61,415 nt of DNA, filler included, from Planctomycetota bacterium (GCA_026991575.1; 8 parts of 8 records of this genome joined end to end with filler, not necessarily neighbours in it); one strand, 5' to 3'. Counted from the whole stretch's first letter, positions 10,605 through 20,474 are shown. The notes: generated by a model not told the origin, from the letters alone. Translations and numbers: made by a program.

Positions 10605-11645
10605 ATGGGAGTGCATGACAAAGCGTACAGACAGTTGTTCGCCAACCCCGAAGTGGTCATGGAACTGCTCTCGGTCCTCTTCCGCCTCCTGTGGGACCGG
10701 CCGGTGCCGATTCAGAACCTCTATCGCGCTGCGGAAGGTCATGTGAGTCGGCGTGCGGACCGATCGCGTCTGGCGGACCTGGTGTGGGTTGCGGAGGTGG
10801 AGGGCCGGTACGTGGTGGTGGTGCTTGAATTCACCCGCACCGTGGAGCAGGACATGCTGGGTCGCATGATGGAGTACATGGCGCTGGCGTGGCGGTCGGT
10901 GAGGCGGGAGCTGTTGTTGCGTGGGGTGCCGGCGGTGCCGTTGGTGGTCGGGGTGGTGATTTACAATGGAGAGGAGCGTTGGACGGCGGCGGAGTGGATT
11001 GGGGAGAGATGGCGGGGCCCCAGCATTGGGTACGTCCGGATCGATGTCTGGCACGACCCGCTGGAGCGGTGGGTGGACTGTCCGCTGATCAGCTATGCGT
11101 TTCGACTGCAGCGGGAGCAGGATGCGGAGCGGGTGGTCGAGTTGCTGCGGGAGTTGGCGGCGCACCTGCGGGCACATGGTTTGGCTCATCTGGAGCCTTC
11201 GTTTGCGTACTTTGCGGGGGCTGTGGTGTTGGGTGGGGAGTTAACTGAGGAGGAGTTATCAGCCATGTCGAAGATCGAAGAGGTCAACACTCGGTTGGAA
11301 CAGCTCAAGGAACGATGTCGGCAGCAAGGGTTTGAAGAGGGCCGTCAGCGAGGATTTGAAGAAGGACGTCAGCAGGGCTTTGAGGAAGGGCGTGAGCAAG
11401 GGCTTAAGGAGGGACACCAGCAGGGTTTTGAGGAGGGACACCAGCAGGGCTTTAGGGAAGGGCGTTCACGGGGGCTGACAGAGGGTCAGCGAGCAGCATT
11501 GCTGGCGGTTTTGGAGGCGCGCTTCGCGCCGCTACCCCAGTGGGCACGCGAGCGGATCGAGCAGGCAGGCAGCGAGGAGCTGAGTGAATGGATCCGTCGC
11601 GCAGCAACGGCCGAGTCCCTCGAACGCGTCTTCGAGAACGACTGA
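10605..11645 (+). CDS. Rpn/YhgA-like (Transposase_31) recombination-promoting nuclease with C-terminal DUF4351-like domain, copy 1
   Basis: HDKAYRQLF, ADLV..., LEF, M..R...Y and VIYNG..W motifs. (Q/E)(Q/R)GFEEGR repeats. ARF.PLP...RIEQA..EEL..W.......SLE.VF tail. Confidence 0.9.
   Translation: MGVHDKAYRQLFANPEVVMELLSVLFRLLWDRPVPIQNLYRAAEGHVSRRADRSRLADLVWVAEVEGRYVVVVLEFTRTVEQDMLGRMMEYMALAWRSVRRELLLRGVPAVPLVVGVVIYNGEERWTAAEWIGERWRGPSIGYVRIDVWHDPLERWVDCPLISYAFRLQREQDAERVVELLRELAAHLRAHGLAHLEPSFAYFAGAVVLGGELTEEELSAMSKIEEVNTRLEQLKERCRQQGFEEGRQRGFEEGRQQGFEEGREQGLKEGHQQGFEEGHQQGFREGRSRGLTEGQRAALLAVLEARFAPLPQWARERIEQAGSEELSEWIRRAATAESLERVFEND
11265..11645 (+). CDS. Putative internally initiated small protein (RpnS-type antitoxin), 126 aa
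   Basis: GAGGAGGAG (11247-11255) lies 9 nt before an in-frame ATG (codon 221). Conserved in four copies. Confidence 0.65.
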   Translation: MSKIEEVNTRLEQLKERCRQQGFEEGRQRGFEEGRQQGFEEGREQGLKEGHQQGFEEGHQQGFREGRSRGLTEGQRAALLAVLEARFAPLPQWARERIEQAGSEELSEWIRRAATAESLERVFEND

Positions 11646-11844
11646 AACACTGACCCACAGCTCCAGGTCCCGGCTGGCCGGTCGGATACACGGTGCCCTC
11701 GTCGGCAATGTTCGGCCTCTTGCAGCCACTCAATCAGCAGCTCGTTCGCAGTGTGTGCAAGCCATACGCGGAAGGACACCTTCGCCACATCCCCGGAGCA
11801 ATTCGTGAACCGAAAGGTTGACGGATCCGGCGTGCCTGAGCGGG

Positions 11845-12391
11845 ATAGGACTAGCAAGCACCGGTTGCCCGGTCCCGCCCCCACCGAACTGGACGCACGG
11901 TTCCCCCGCACCCGGCTCTACAGTCGGCGGCCCTACCACAAAGGAGACTTCCGTGAGGCGGTTAGCCACGCGGGACGGCCAGCCGTGTTCGACTTCAAAG
12001 ACGACCGAGTCACCTTCTGCGCGGCTCGCCTCCAGGCCCAACAACGCACACCGGGCTGGGACCTCACCATCTCACACGCCGTCACCCGGGGCCGCCGGGA
12101 GACAACCTCCAGCTTCACGGCCATCGCCAGAGCCTTACTCCAGCTCCGCCACCTTCTTTAGCCATCCCGAGCAGTCACGCTGGTGCCCGTCTGCCGCTGC
12201 ACCTTCCGCTCGCCTCCACTTTCCTGGGGCCCTTCGCTGTACGGGCATTAGCCCGCTTCCTCGCTTGCTTGCCACCCTCTGACTCCTGATGGGCCGCTCC
12301 TCCTGTCGGTTCGGTGCTCCGATTCGCCCCAGTCCGGCGAGCACCAAGCGGACCGCCGGGGGACATCTTACAGGGCCCACCCTATACCCTG
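11845..12391 (-). mobile_element. Group II intron 3' remnant (decayed maturase C-terminus + domains V/VI)
   Basis: Minus strand GAGCCGGGTGCGGGGGAACCGTGCGTCCAGTTC (DV, from 11918), then DVI ending CCTAT. Upstream sequence is homologous to 58198-58370 (LGLEASRAEGDSVVFEV vs LSLEAAHTEGQSVLFEV). Confidence 0.8.
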
Positions 12392-12491
12392 NNNNNNNNN
12401 NNNNNNNNNNNNNNNNNNNNNNNNNNNNNNNNNNNTTAATTAATTAANNNNNNNNNNNNNNNNNNNNNNNNNNNNNNNNNNNNNNNNNNNN
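12392..12491. other. Artificial contig spacer
   Basis: 44 N + TTAATTAATTAA + 44 N. Confidence 0.99.
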
Positions 12492-12771
12492 CCGCACCGT
12501 GGTCGTAGACCCGACGCAGCTCATCGAAGAGCCAGTCCTCTTGGCCATGCACGTGCTCTGCGAGAGCAGTCGTCAGGCTCAGTAGCTGCCGCCCCAGCAG
12601 ATCGAGCTGTGCCGTGTCCAGCTTCGACTCGGTGGTCAGTCGAGCCTGCAGGCGCGAAAGGTGCGGCACCATGAGCCGCAGATAGGCGTGCTGGGTGCTG
12701 CGAACGTACTCGAGGAACTGCCCCAGCGTGGCCCACTGTCGTCCGGTCCAACGGTCGTGAATACGGACCAT
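12492..12771 (-). CDS. Hemerythrin-like / Ric(YtfE)-like protein, 3'-truncated by gap
   Basis: YVRSTQHAYLR..VPHL and L.EHVHGQEDWLF resemble HHxYL...H.xKEE..LF. Confidence 0.45.
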
Positions 12772-13124
12772 CTTGTGCCCTCCCCCGACCGGCCTGCCGC
12801 CAGCCGGTTGCTTGTCTCCGGTTGCCGCGGCGAACCCGTTCGCCTTGAGTGCAACTTCCGTGCCGCCCCCCGCACTGACAGCTCGAGCGCATCAGCCCTG
12901 AGAAAGCGAAGCTCGCGCGGGAGTGCGGATCCGCACACTACTGAGTCGTGCTCAGGAGCACGTGCGGGCCATCTGGGGCCAGAAACGGCCGATTCCGGCC
13001 GCTTGCCACTGTGGCATAGCGTTTGCGACCACGCGGAAGGACGATTCCGGTGCGCGCTGCCGCCACAGACGGCAGACGTGCTGCCCGGACGATGCCGTGA
13101 CCCGAAACCGAGGCCAGCGGACCG

Positions 13125-14564
13125 ATGGGCGCTCCTCAACACAGTGGACGAACTGGTTTGACCAGCCAAGAGCGGCGCACATACCTGCGGTACGCTCGGC
13201 TCAACCTCCCCCGGCACACGTCGTACCCGGCGGTGCCATTCTGGAAGAAGCACTCAGCCGATGACTACCGCCGTGCGCTGGTGGCTGAGGTGCCGCCCAG
13301 CGGCTGGTCACTCTACGTACACGTCCCGTTCTGCCACCAGCTGTGCTACTTCTGCTCGTGCACGCGTGAGATTCTGCCCCAGAGCAACGGTAGAGACTGG
13401 CAGCAGCGCGTCCGCACCTTCCTGCGCGCGTACCGCCGCGAAGTCACTCACGTGGCGGGCCTGGTTATGCGCGAGTTACCCGTCAGGCAAGTCCACCTCG
13501 GCGGCGGCACTCCGAATTACTTGCCAACCGAGAGCCTGGTGGAGCTGATCACGGTGCTGGAGGACCAGTTCCGGATCGCCCCGGACGCGGAGCGTTCTGC
13601 GGAGCTGGACCCGCGCACCTGCACGACCGAGCAGCTCCACGCCTTACGGACCCTGGGCTTTAACCGCGTCTCGCTGGGGATCCAAGACTTTGACCGCCAT
13701 GTGCAGCAACTCGTCAACCGCGTCCAGCCGTGGGAGCAAGTGGCTGAGCTGACCGGTCAGATTCGCAGGCTCGGGTTCCGCTCCATTAACTACGACTTGA
13801 TCTATGGCCTGCCCGGCCAAACGGTCGACAGCTTCCGCCGCACTCTGGAGCTGACCGTCACCCTGCGGCCGGACCGCATTGCGCTGTATCGGCTGGCCGT
13901 CCTGCCGGAAATGTTCCGCTGGCAACGAGTCTTCAAGCCGGAGGACCTACCTGACGGCGAGCAGCTCCTGGAGATGTTCCTGATGGCCGTGGATCGGCTG
14001 ACTACGGCGGGGTACCTGTACATCGGCCTGGACCACTTCGCCCTGCCCGACGACTCGCTCAGTCAGGCGCTGCGTAGCCGCCGGCTCCGCCGCACGTTCC
14101 AGGGCATCACCACCGGCAGCGGCCTGAGCATCCTGGCCTTCGGGCCGTCGGCCATCAGCATCCTGCATGGCAGCTACCACCAGAACCGGAAAACGGTGGA
14201 CGAGTGGCTGGCCGCAGTCGAACAGGACAGTGTGGCCACCTTCCGCGGGATCGAGCTGAGCTGGGACGACCTGATTCGCCGTGAGGTTATCGAGTCGATC
14301 TACTGCTACGGCGAAATCGACCTGGATCGCGTCGCCCGCCGGCACGGCCTGGTCACCGAGAGCTACTTCGCATCGGAACTGGACCGGCTGGAAGAACTGG
14401 TCGCAGACGGACTGGTAGCTCAGTTGGATCGCTACCACTTCAAGCTCACCCACCCCCTTGGCCGGTTGCTGACCCGCGTGGTCGCAGCTGTCTTCGACCG
14501 TTACCTGCCGGCGGACGCGTACCGCAGTGGCTTACGTGAGATTCCCGCGTCGCGCGTAGGTTAA
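13125..14564 (+). CDS. hemN: Oxygen-independent coproporphyrinogen III oxidase (radical SAM)
   Basis: PRHTSYP, LYVHVPFCHQLCYFCSC, GGGTP, IGLDHFA, L.R.FQG.T. Confidence 0.88.
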   Translation: MGAPQHSGRTGLTSQERRTYLRYARLNLPRHTSYPAVPFWKKHSADDYRRALVAEVPPSGWSLYVHVPFCHQLCYFCSCTREILPQSNGRDWQQRVRTFLRAYRREVTHVAGLVMRELPVRQVHLGGGTPNYLPTESLVELITVLEDQFRIAPDAERSAELDPRTCTTEQLHALRTLGFNRVSLGIQDFDRHVQQLVNRVQPWEQVAELTGQIRRLGFRSINYDLIYGLPGQTVDSFRRTLELTVTLRPDRIALYRLAVLPEMFRWQRVFKPEDLPDGEQLLEMFLMAVDRLTTAGYLYIGLDHFALPDDSLSQALRSRRLRRTFQGITTGSGLSILAFGPSAISILHGSYHQNRKTVDEWLAAVEQDSVATFRGIELSWDDLIRREVIESIYCYGEIDLDRVARRHGLVTESYFASELDRLEELVADGLVAQLDRYHFKLTHPLGRLLTRVVAAVFDRYLPADAYRSGLREIPASRVG

Positions 14565-14600
14565 GCCGACGGCGTGTAACGACGGAGGAGCAGACTCGAA

Positions 14601-15398
14601 ATGAAACACCTGGGATCGGTGCTTGTCTATCTGAGTGCAACCCTTGGCACCGCAGCCGCTTTTGCGGGTGCGGAAACTGGACCGGTCTGGTGGTTGCCCC
14701 CCGACTATTCGACCACCGGGCACCACTATGACCGCCTGTTCAACATCGTTCTCTATGAGACGGCGGTTGCGTTTGCCGCCGTGGTCATCGCGCTGGTTTA
14801 TTTCGCCATCCGCTACCGACATCGCGAAGGCCGTCGTGCCGAATACGATCGCGGCGACCAGCCTAAGCACATCATGATCACGCTGGCGCTGGCAATGATT
14901 GTCTTCGTCGCGATTGACATGAACATTGTTCACCGGTCCAACGTCAGCATCGACGAGATTCGTAGCGGGATGCCCGACCCGGACGACGGCCTGGTGGTCT
15001 GGGTCACCGGAGAGCAATTCAACTGGGTCGTGACCTACCCCGGCCCCGATGGTAAGTTCGGCACGATCGATGACGTGACCCTGCGCAACGAAATGCACGT
15101 GCCTGTCAACACCAAGGTGCTCGTCCGGCTCACATCCCGCGACGTCATTCACGCGTTCAACGTGCCCCAGCTCCGGGTGAAGATGGACGCCGTGCCCGGT
15201 ATGGAGACGCGGGTCTGGTTCGAAGCAAAGGAACCGGTCGAACTGGAACTAGCATGCGCCGAACTCTGCGGTTGGGGCCACTACATGATGAAAGGACGCC
15301 TGGTCATTGAGCCGCGCGAGGATTTCGAACGCTGGCTCAAAGAGCAAGAAGCGTTTCTACTGGCAAGCAGCGACAAAGGCGCGCAGTCCGACGAGTAA
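14601..15398 (+). CDS. coxB: Cytochrome c oxidase subunit II
   Basis: Two TM helices, DVIHAF..P....K.DAVPG, CuA motif CAELCGWGHYMM, GGAGG RBS. Confidence 0.93.
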   Translation: MKHLGSVLVYLSATLGTAAAFAGAETGPVWWLPPDYSTTGHHYDRLFNIVLYETAVAFAAVVIALVYFAIRYRHREGRRAEYDRGDQPKHIMITLALAMIVFVAIDMNIVHRSNVSIDEIRSGMPDPDDGLVVWVTGEQFNWVVTYPGPDGKFGTIDDVTLRNEMHVPVNTKVLVRLTSRDVIHAFNVPQLRVKMDAVPGMETRVWFEAKEPVELELACAELCGWGHYMMKGRLVIEPREDFERWLKEQEAFLLASSDKGAQSDE

Positions 15399-15422
15399 CG
15401 TGGTGGTGGAGGACAGGTAGGT

Positions 15423-16180
15423 ATGGAGCAGGCACTAGCCCATCACGATCACGAGCCGAAGAGTTTTCTTACGAAGTACATATTCTCCCGTGATCATAAG
15501 ATCATCGGGATCCAGTTCCTGTTTACCGGGCTCTTCTTCCTGGCCTTCGGCGGCCTCATGGCAATGGCCATCCGCTGGCAGCTGGCGTGGCCGTCCGATG
15601 AGACGCACCCGTTGCCGCTCCTGGCCCGTTGGCTCGGCTGGGAAGCCGGGCACATGCCGCCGCACTTCTACTTGACGCTGATCACAATGCACGGCACGAT
15701 CATGATCTTCTTTGCGATCACCCCGATCGTGATCGGCTTTCTGGGCAACTATCTGATCCCGCTTCAGATCGGCGCGCGCGACATGGCCTTTCCCACGCTG
15801 AACATGCTGTCTGTCTGGGTCTTCATCCTTAGCGGCGTGGTCGTCTTGGGGGCCGTGTTCCTGGGCGCCGGCGCAGGTTGGACCGCCTATCCGCCGTTGA
15901 GTGTGATCGCCACGCCCCAGCTCGGTCAGGACCTCTGGATTCTTGCCCTAGCCCTGATGGGCGTCTCCTCCATGATGGGCGCCATCAACTACGTCGCAAC
16001 GGTGATCCAGATGCGCGCTCCGGGCATGACCTGGGGACGGCTACCGCTAACGATCTGGGGCCTGTTCTACACGGCCGTCCTCAACCTGGCCGTGTTGCCC
16101 GTGATCGCAGCCGGCTTGTTCCTGCTGCTGCTGGACCGGTGGGGTACCTCGTTCTACGTGCCTGCCGGCCTGGTGGTGGA
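15423..16180 (+). CDS. coxA: Cytochrome c oxidase subunit I, partial (cut by gap)
   Basis: DHKIIG, TMHGTIMIFF, GNYLIPLQIGARDMAFP, GWTAYPPLS. Confidence 0.95.
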
Positions 16181-16280
16181 NNNNNNNNNNNNNNNNNNNN
16201 NNNNNNNNNNNNNNNNNNNNNNNNTTAATTAATTAANNNNNNNNNNNNNNNNNNNNNNNNNNNNNNNNNNNNNNNNNNNN
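16181..16280. other. Artificial contig spacer
   Basis: 44 N + TTAATTAATTAA + 44 N. Confidence 0.99.
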
Positions 16281-16492
16281 CCTCCCGCCCATTCACGCAA
16301 GCTGCCTGGGTGATTCGCCCATCCCCTCGGCGGGGTTGTCGCTCTCTGCCCCCCTCGCAAGCACGCAGTTACCTCCCCCTACTGGGGCCAGACCGAACCC
16401 TGGCAGGGCCTTCCACCTCGCCGAACGGGCGCGCTCCGATGCGCACGCCGAGCGGCTGCAAAGCCCCCCTGCCCGTTTGACGTAAGCTGCCC
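16281..16492 (-). mobile_element. Degenerate hairpin repeat (16492-16447) + group II intron 5' end (16446-~16316) + start of a second hairpin repeat (16315-16281)
   Basis: Reverse complement aligns with 32286-32490. It starts GTGCGCATCGG...GGTGGAAG...GGTAACTGCGTGC. Confidence 0.6.
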
Positions 16493-16592
16493 AACCGGTG
16501 CGCCTGCCGCTTCGGCCGCTACCAACGCCGCGCCGGGCATCAAGCCAGCCGATCCCACGACGCCACGCTGAACTACCGGCTCTGCGCCTGTG

Positions 16593-16606
16593 CCGCAAGA
16601 GTTGAG
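16593..16606 (+). mobile_element. Possible lone IS701-type terminal IR
   Basis: CCGCAAGAGTTGAG matches the right IR at 4923-4936. Short match only. Confidence 0.3.
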
Positions 16607-16713
16607 ACGTACCCAGCGAAGCGGGTGGGTTGAGCTGTGGACAACCGCCCGCTACGGTTTGATTTGGACTGGATCCGCGCCGAATGAGAAAGGCATAGCG
16701 TCAAAGGGAGTCC

Positions 16714-18243
16714 ATGGAGAGCACCGATCCGAACACCACGACTGAGCCGGCGGCAAACTGGGCACAGCGGGCACTGTGGGTGGCCGTGCTGGTCGGCATC
16801 GCGCTACGGGTGCGCGAGTACCTGGCCGTTCGATCCTTGTGGTTGGACGAAGTCTTCCTGGCCCTGGGGATCCTTGACCAACCGTGGCAGGATCTGCTGC
16901 AACCGCTGCCGCACAACCAGATCGCCGCGATCGGGTTCGTCGTGGTCACCAAGGCGATCGCAACCGTGCTGGGACCAGCGGAATGGGCCCTCCGCCTGCT
17001 GCCGTGCCTCGCGGGTCTGGCGTCCGTGGTCCTCTGTGCGTGCGTCGCCACCAAGGTCCTGCCGCGGTGGGGTGCGGCGCTCGCGACGCTACTGTTCAGC
17101 CTGTCGGATCGTGGTATCTACTATGCGACGGAGTTCAAGCCGTACAGTGTGGACGTACTGGCATCGCTCGTAGCGCTGTACTGGGGACTGTCCCGGCCAC
17201 CCTGCAGCCGCACCAGGCACCTGGCTCACGCACTGCTGCTGGGAACCGTTCTCCTGTTTTCGTTTCCTGCAGCGCTCGTGATCGCGGCATCCGGAATCTA
17301 TCGACTCATCCGAGCCACTGACCGAAAGCAGGAGCTCCGGTACCTCGGCGTGATCGCACTCGCATGCGCACCGGCTGCGCTAGTCGCTTACCTCTGCGGC
17401 GGCCGCCACGCTACGACGAACCAGTTCCTGTATGACTATTGGGCCTTTGCTTTTCCTCGAATCCCACCCGTCAGCCTGGAAGACCTCAGGTGGTACGTTT
17501 GGACGACGCGGAGTTTGATCGAACACGCGTTCGACGCTTGGAGCTATTTGCTGGTGGCCGCGCTGGCCGGCTACGGAATGTTCCGGATGCGTCACGGAGG
17601 CTTGTTGGCCCTGGCCCTTGGCGTCACCTTCGCAGCCGCAGCCGCTCGCCTGTACCCGTTTCATGGGCGGACCGTTCTGTTTCTCAGTCCGGTGGTGTGC
17701 TACGCGACGTGCGCCGGACTGACGCACCTCGGCCGGCAGCGTTGGCGTGGCCTGCTGCTGGTCGCCGGAGCGATTCTGCTCACGGTCCCGCCTGCCGTCG
17801 TTGCGTACGGGTTTCTGTGGCGGTCCCGCGAACGTGCACCTGCTCGGGAGATGTTCGCCCTGCTCTCCCGCGTCTCACGCAGCCAGCCACAGCAACTGGC
17901 GGTCACGACGTGGGCAGCTGGCTTTATGTACGACTACTACGGACGGCTCTTCTCGCTACCGCGGCGACAGCGTGTCGAGATGCCGGAGTGGAACGGGGAT
18001 CGTGTCTCATATCGACAGTCACTGCTGCGTGCGCTGAAGGACAAGCAAGCCACGTGGGTCGTCTATTACGGTGTGGTAGATTGGCGGCACGGCCCTATCG
18101 AGGCTGTGTACGAGGAGACAGAAGCATTGCTAGAAGCACTGGAAGCCGATGGCAGCCCCACCGTGCTGTTCGCGGGCCCCGGGACCCTTCTGATCGAATG
18201 GCAGCCGCGTGAAGAGAACAGCCGATGCAGTCAGCGGCAGTGA
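16714..18243 (+). CDS. GT-C (GT39/ArnT-like) membrane glycosyltransferase
   Basis: RSLWLDE, EWALRL, YYATEFKPYS, multiple TM segments. Confidence 0.75.
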   Translation: MESTDPNTTTEPAANWAQRALWVAVLVGIALRVREYLAVRSLWLDEVFLALGILDQPWQDLLQPLPHNQIAAIGFVVVTKAIATVLGPAEWALRLLPCLAGLASVVLCACVATKVLPRWGAALATLLFSLSDRGIYYATEFKPYSVDVLASLVALYWGLSRPPCSRTRHLAHALLLGTVLLFSFPAALVIAASGIYRLIRATDRKQELRYLGVIALACAPAALVAYLCGGRHATTNQFLYDYWAFAFPRIPPVSLEDLRWYVWTTRSLIEHAFDAWSYLLVAALAGYGMFRMRHGGLLALALGVTFAAAAARLYPFHGRTVLFLSPVVCYATCAGLTHLGRQRWRGLLLVAGAILLTVPPAVVAYGFLWRSRERAPAREMFALLSRVSRSQPQQLAVTTWAAGFMYDYYGRLFSLPRRQRVEMPEWNGDRVSYRQSLLRALKDKQATWVVYYGVVDWRHGPIEAVYEETEALLEALEADGSPTVLFAGPGTLLIEWQPREENSRCSQRQ

Positions 18244-18712
18244 TTGGTTCGGCCTGAGGAGCGCGTTGCAGCTTACGCATCCCGTGCGTCCGAACGCGCC
18301 GCGGGCTTCGATCGTCCCCAGCTGGCTCCAGCGCTACAGGCGCGGCGGGTCGAGACGGCCGGCCAAATGGGATCAAGGCCGGTCGAGGCGATCCGGCGTA
18401 TGACTTCCGCGCATATGCTGACGCGCACCCCGGAGTGAGATCGGTTCCTTGCGGTGAGGAGGTGACAAGATGCTCCTGCTGGCGTGTCGTGAGTCGGCAC
18501 AAGTTGCCGTGGCCGGGACGGTGCCACGATCTGCCGGAAGAGTGGCGGGGGTTGCGCACGAGCGATGAGGCCGGTTGCTGACGCTTCGAACAAAGACGCG
18601 TCGCCCGTCGGTGACGGCGTCAGTCCGGAGCGCGCCAAACCTGGCCTGGCAAACCGGGCCGAGGGCGGCAGCCCTGCAGAACGGCAAGCGGTGAAGGCAA
18701 CAGTCACCCGAG

Positions 18713-20335
18713 GTGACGGCGGTGATGAATTCGACGTGCAGTTCCAATCAGAAGGGGCCAGAGCGCAGTGGGTCGTTTGCCGGGCTGGCTACGGATGCGT
18801 TGTTACTGTTTGGTGCGGTCGCGCTGGCCGACCTGTTGGCCCGGATCGTGACAGGTTGGCCGATGCGGGCAGACACGACGATCCCAGAGGGGTCGATCAT
18901 CTACTCTGTTCAGCAGCTTCTCGGTGAAGGTTCGCTGTACCGCGACTTCAACCGCCCCCCTTACGCAACGACGGCGTACACCCCTCTTCTTTACCTGTTG
19001 ACCGCATCGGTTGCCTGGCTCTTCGGCGGCAACCAGCCAGATGTTGAGACGTTGTACCGTTGTGGCCGCACCGTTGTGTTGTTCGCGGCGGGCGGGGCAC
19101 TGTGGTGCGTATGGTGGTTGAGCCGCGTCGTCGGACCGGGGCGGCTCCGCTGGCTGGCCCCGCTGGCCGTCGCCTGGTTCGGGCAGCTCTATCCGTGGGT
19201 ATGCACGACACGGCCCGATGCACTGGCGGTCGCGCTCAGCCTCGCGGCGGTTTGCATTGTTGCCAGGAACGGTTCCGCGAGCTGGCGTTCGGTGAGCGTT
19301 TCGGCATTCGTGTCGGCGATGGCCACGGTTGCCAAGCAATCGTCGCTGGCTGCTCCGGCGGCAATCACGCTTTATCTCTTGTGGTCATCCAGGATGGCGT
19401 TGGCGGTGGCATTTGCGGTAACGTTCGGTTCACTCACGGCCCTCGCTTTTGGGTTGTTCCAGGTAATCTGGCCTCACTTTTGGGCAAACGTCTTCGGGGC
19501 AAACGTCGCACCGACAATGCTTGCCCGTTCCGCCATCCTGACTGCGTGGTACGGGTATCACGCCTGGCCGCTTCTTGGGCTGGGTGTCGTTGGGTGGGTC
19601 TGTGCGTTCGGGACCAGCCAGCCGCGCGTGCGGCTGCTGCAGCTGCATGCCATACTCGCTGTGGCCGCTGGAGTCGCGATGTCCGTAAAGGCGGGTGCTG
19701 CTCTGAACTACTTCCTGGAGGCGACCTTTGCGCTGGCCGTGTTTGCTCCCCGCGGTCTCGCCGCGGCTGAGCGGTGGTCGTTGCCCTTCGCCGGCCTGAA
19801 GTGGGGCTTCGTGCTCGCGACGGGCTTCTTCGTCCTGTTTCGCATGTTGGACCGATGGCTTTATCCGCCGCCGGTAGTGTCGACACAAGAGGTGCTGACG
19901 AAGGCCGAAGCCTACGGTCGGCCCGCGCTGTTCCAGGATTCCGGTCTTGCCATACGGTTCGGCACGCCGATCCTGTTGCTCGATTCGTTCAACGCTTCGT
20001 ATCTGGCGGACAGAGGTGTGCTGAACATCAAGCCCCTGGCCCGGCAACTCCATGAGCAATCGGTCGCCGTGGTCGTGCTTTCGCAGGAGTCGCCGTATGC
20101 GTCCGTCTGGGAGGTCAGCTGGCTCCCTGGGCCGGTAGCACGCGAGATTGCCGCTCACTATGAACTGGCAGATTTCGTCGAACCTTCCGGCTGGTTTTAC
20201 CTTCCGAGTGAACCCCGCGATCGCGGCGTCCCGTGCTATTTCCGCGGAGGACGTGTGGGTGACGCGCAGAACCAGGATTCCAGGGAATCTGGCACGTCGC
20301 GGGCTACCGTGTCGTCGGTGGGTTCGGAGCACTGA
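18713..20335 (+). CDS. GT-C-like polytopic membrane protein
   Basis: EG.......G.SLYRD...PPY....YTPL, RPD, KQS; many TM segments. Start uncertain. Confidence 0.65.
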   Translation: MTAVMNSTCSSNQKGPERSGSFAGLATDALLLFGAVALADLLARIVTGWPMRADTTIPEGSIIYSVQQLLGEGSLYRDFNRPPYATTAYTPLLYLLTASVAWLFGGNQPDVETLYRCGRTVVLFAAGGALWCVWWLSRVVGPGRLRWLAPLAVAWFGQLYPWVCTTRPDALAVALSLAAVCIVARNGSASWRSVSVSAFVSAMATVAKQSSLAAPAAITLYLLWSSRMALAVAFAVTFGSLTALAFGLFQVIWPHFWANVFGANVAPTMLARSAILTAWYGYHAWPLLGLGVVGWVCAFGTSQPRVRLLQLHAILAVAAGVAMSVKAGAALNYFLEATFALAVFAPRGLAAAERWSLPFAGLKWGFVLATGFFVLFRMLDRWLYPPPVVSTQEVLTKAEAYGRPALFQDSGLAIRFGTPILLLDSFNASYLADRGVLNIKPLARQLHEQSVAVVVLSQESPYASVWEVSWLPGPVAREIAAHYELADFVEPSGWFYLPSEPRDRGVPCYFRGGRVGDAQNQDSRESGTSRATVSSVGSEH

Positions 20336-20474
20336 ACGCGCACGTTTCAGCCCTCGGATCGACCGCACCGACCGCGGTGCGGGGTCAGCTCGTCTTCGGT
20401 CCGGTCCGCGTGGCAACGGCATCGTCAGACTTCCACGCACTCCAGTTCGTCACCGGATCCACGACGAGGTGCGT

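Noticed and set aside
10578..11248. Recurring antisense and alternate-frame ORFs over Rpn (203 aa and 119 aa)
   Set aside because: They recur only because the DNA is duplicated. They are low-complexity shadow translations.
11320..12391. Diversity-generating retroelement acting on Rpn
   Set aside because: The RT-related sequence is a group II intron remnant with DV/DVI. Rpn variation is mainly repeat number, and no TR/VR pair is visible.
12392..12491. Seven TTAATTAATTAA palindromes as a biological repeat
   Set aside because: Each sits in an identical 44N-12-44N spacer, an all-frame-stop linker added when contigs were concatenated.
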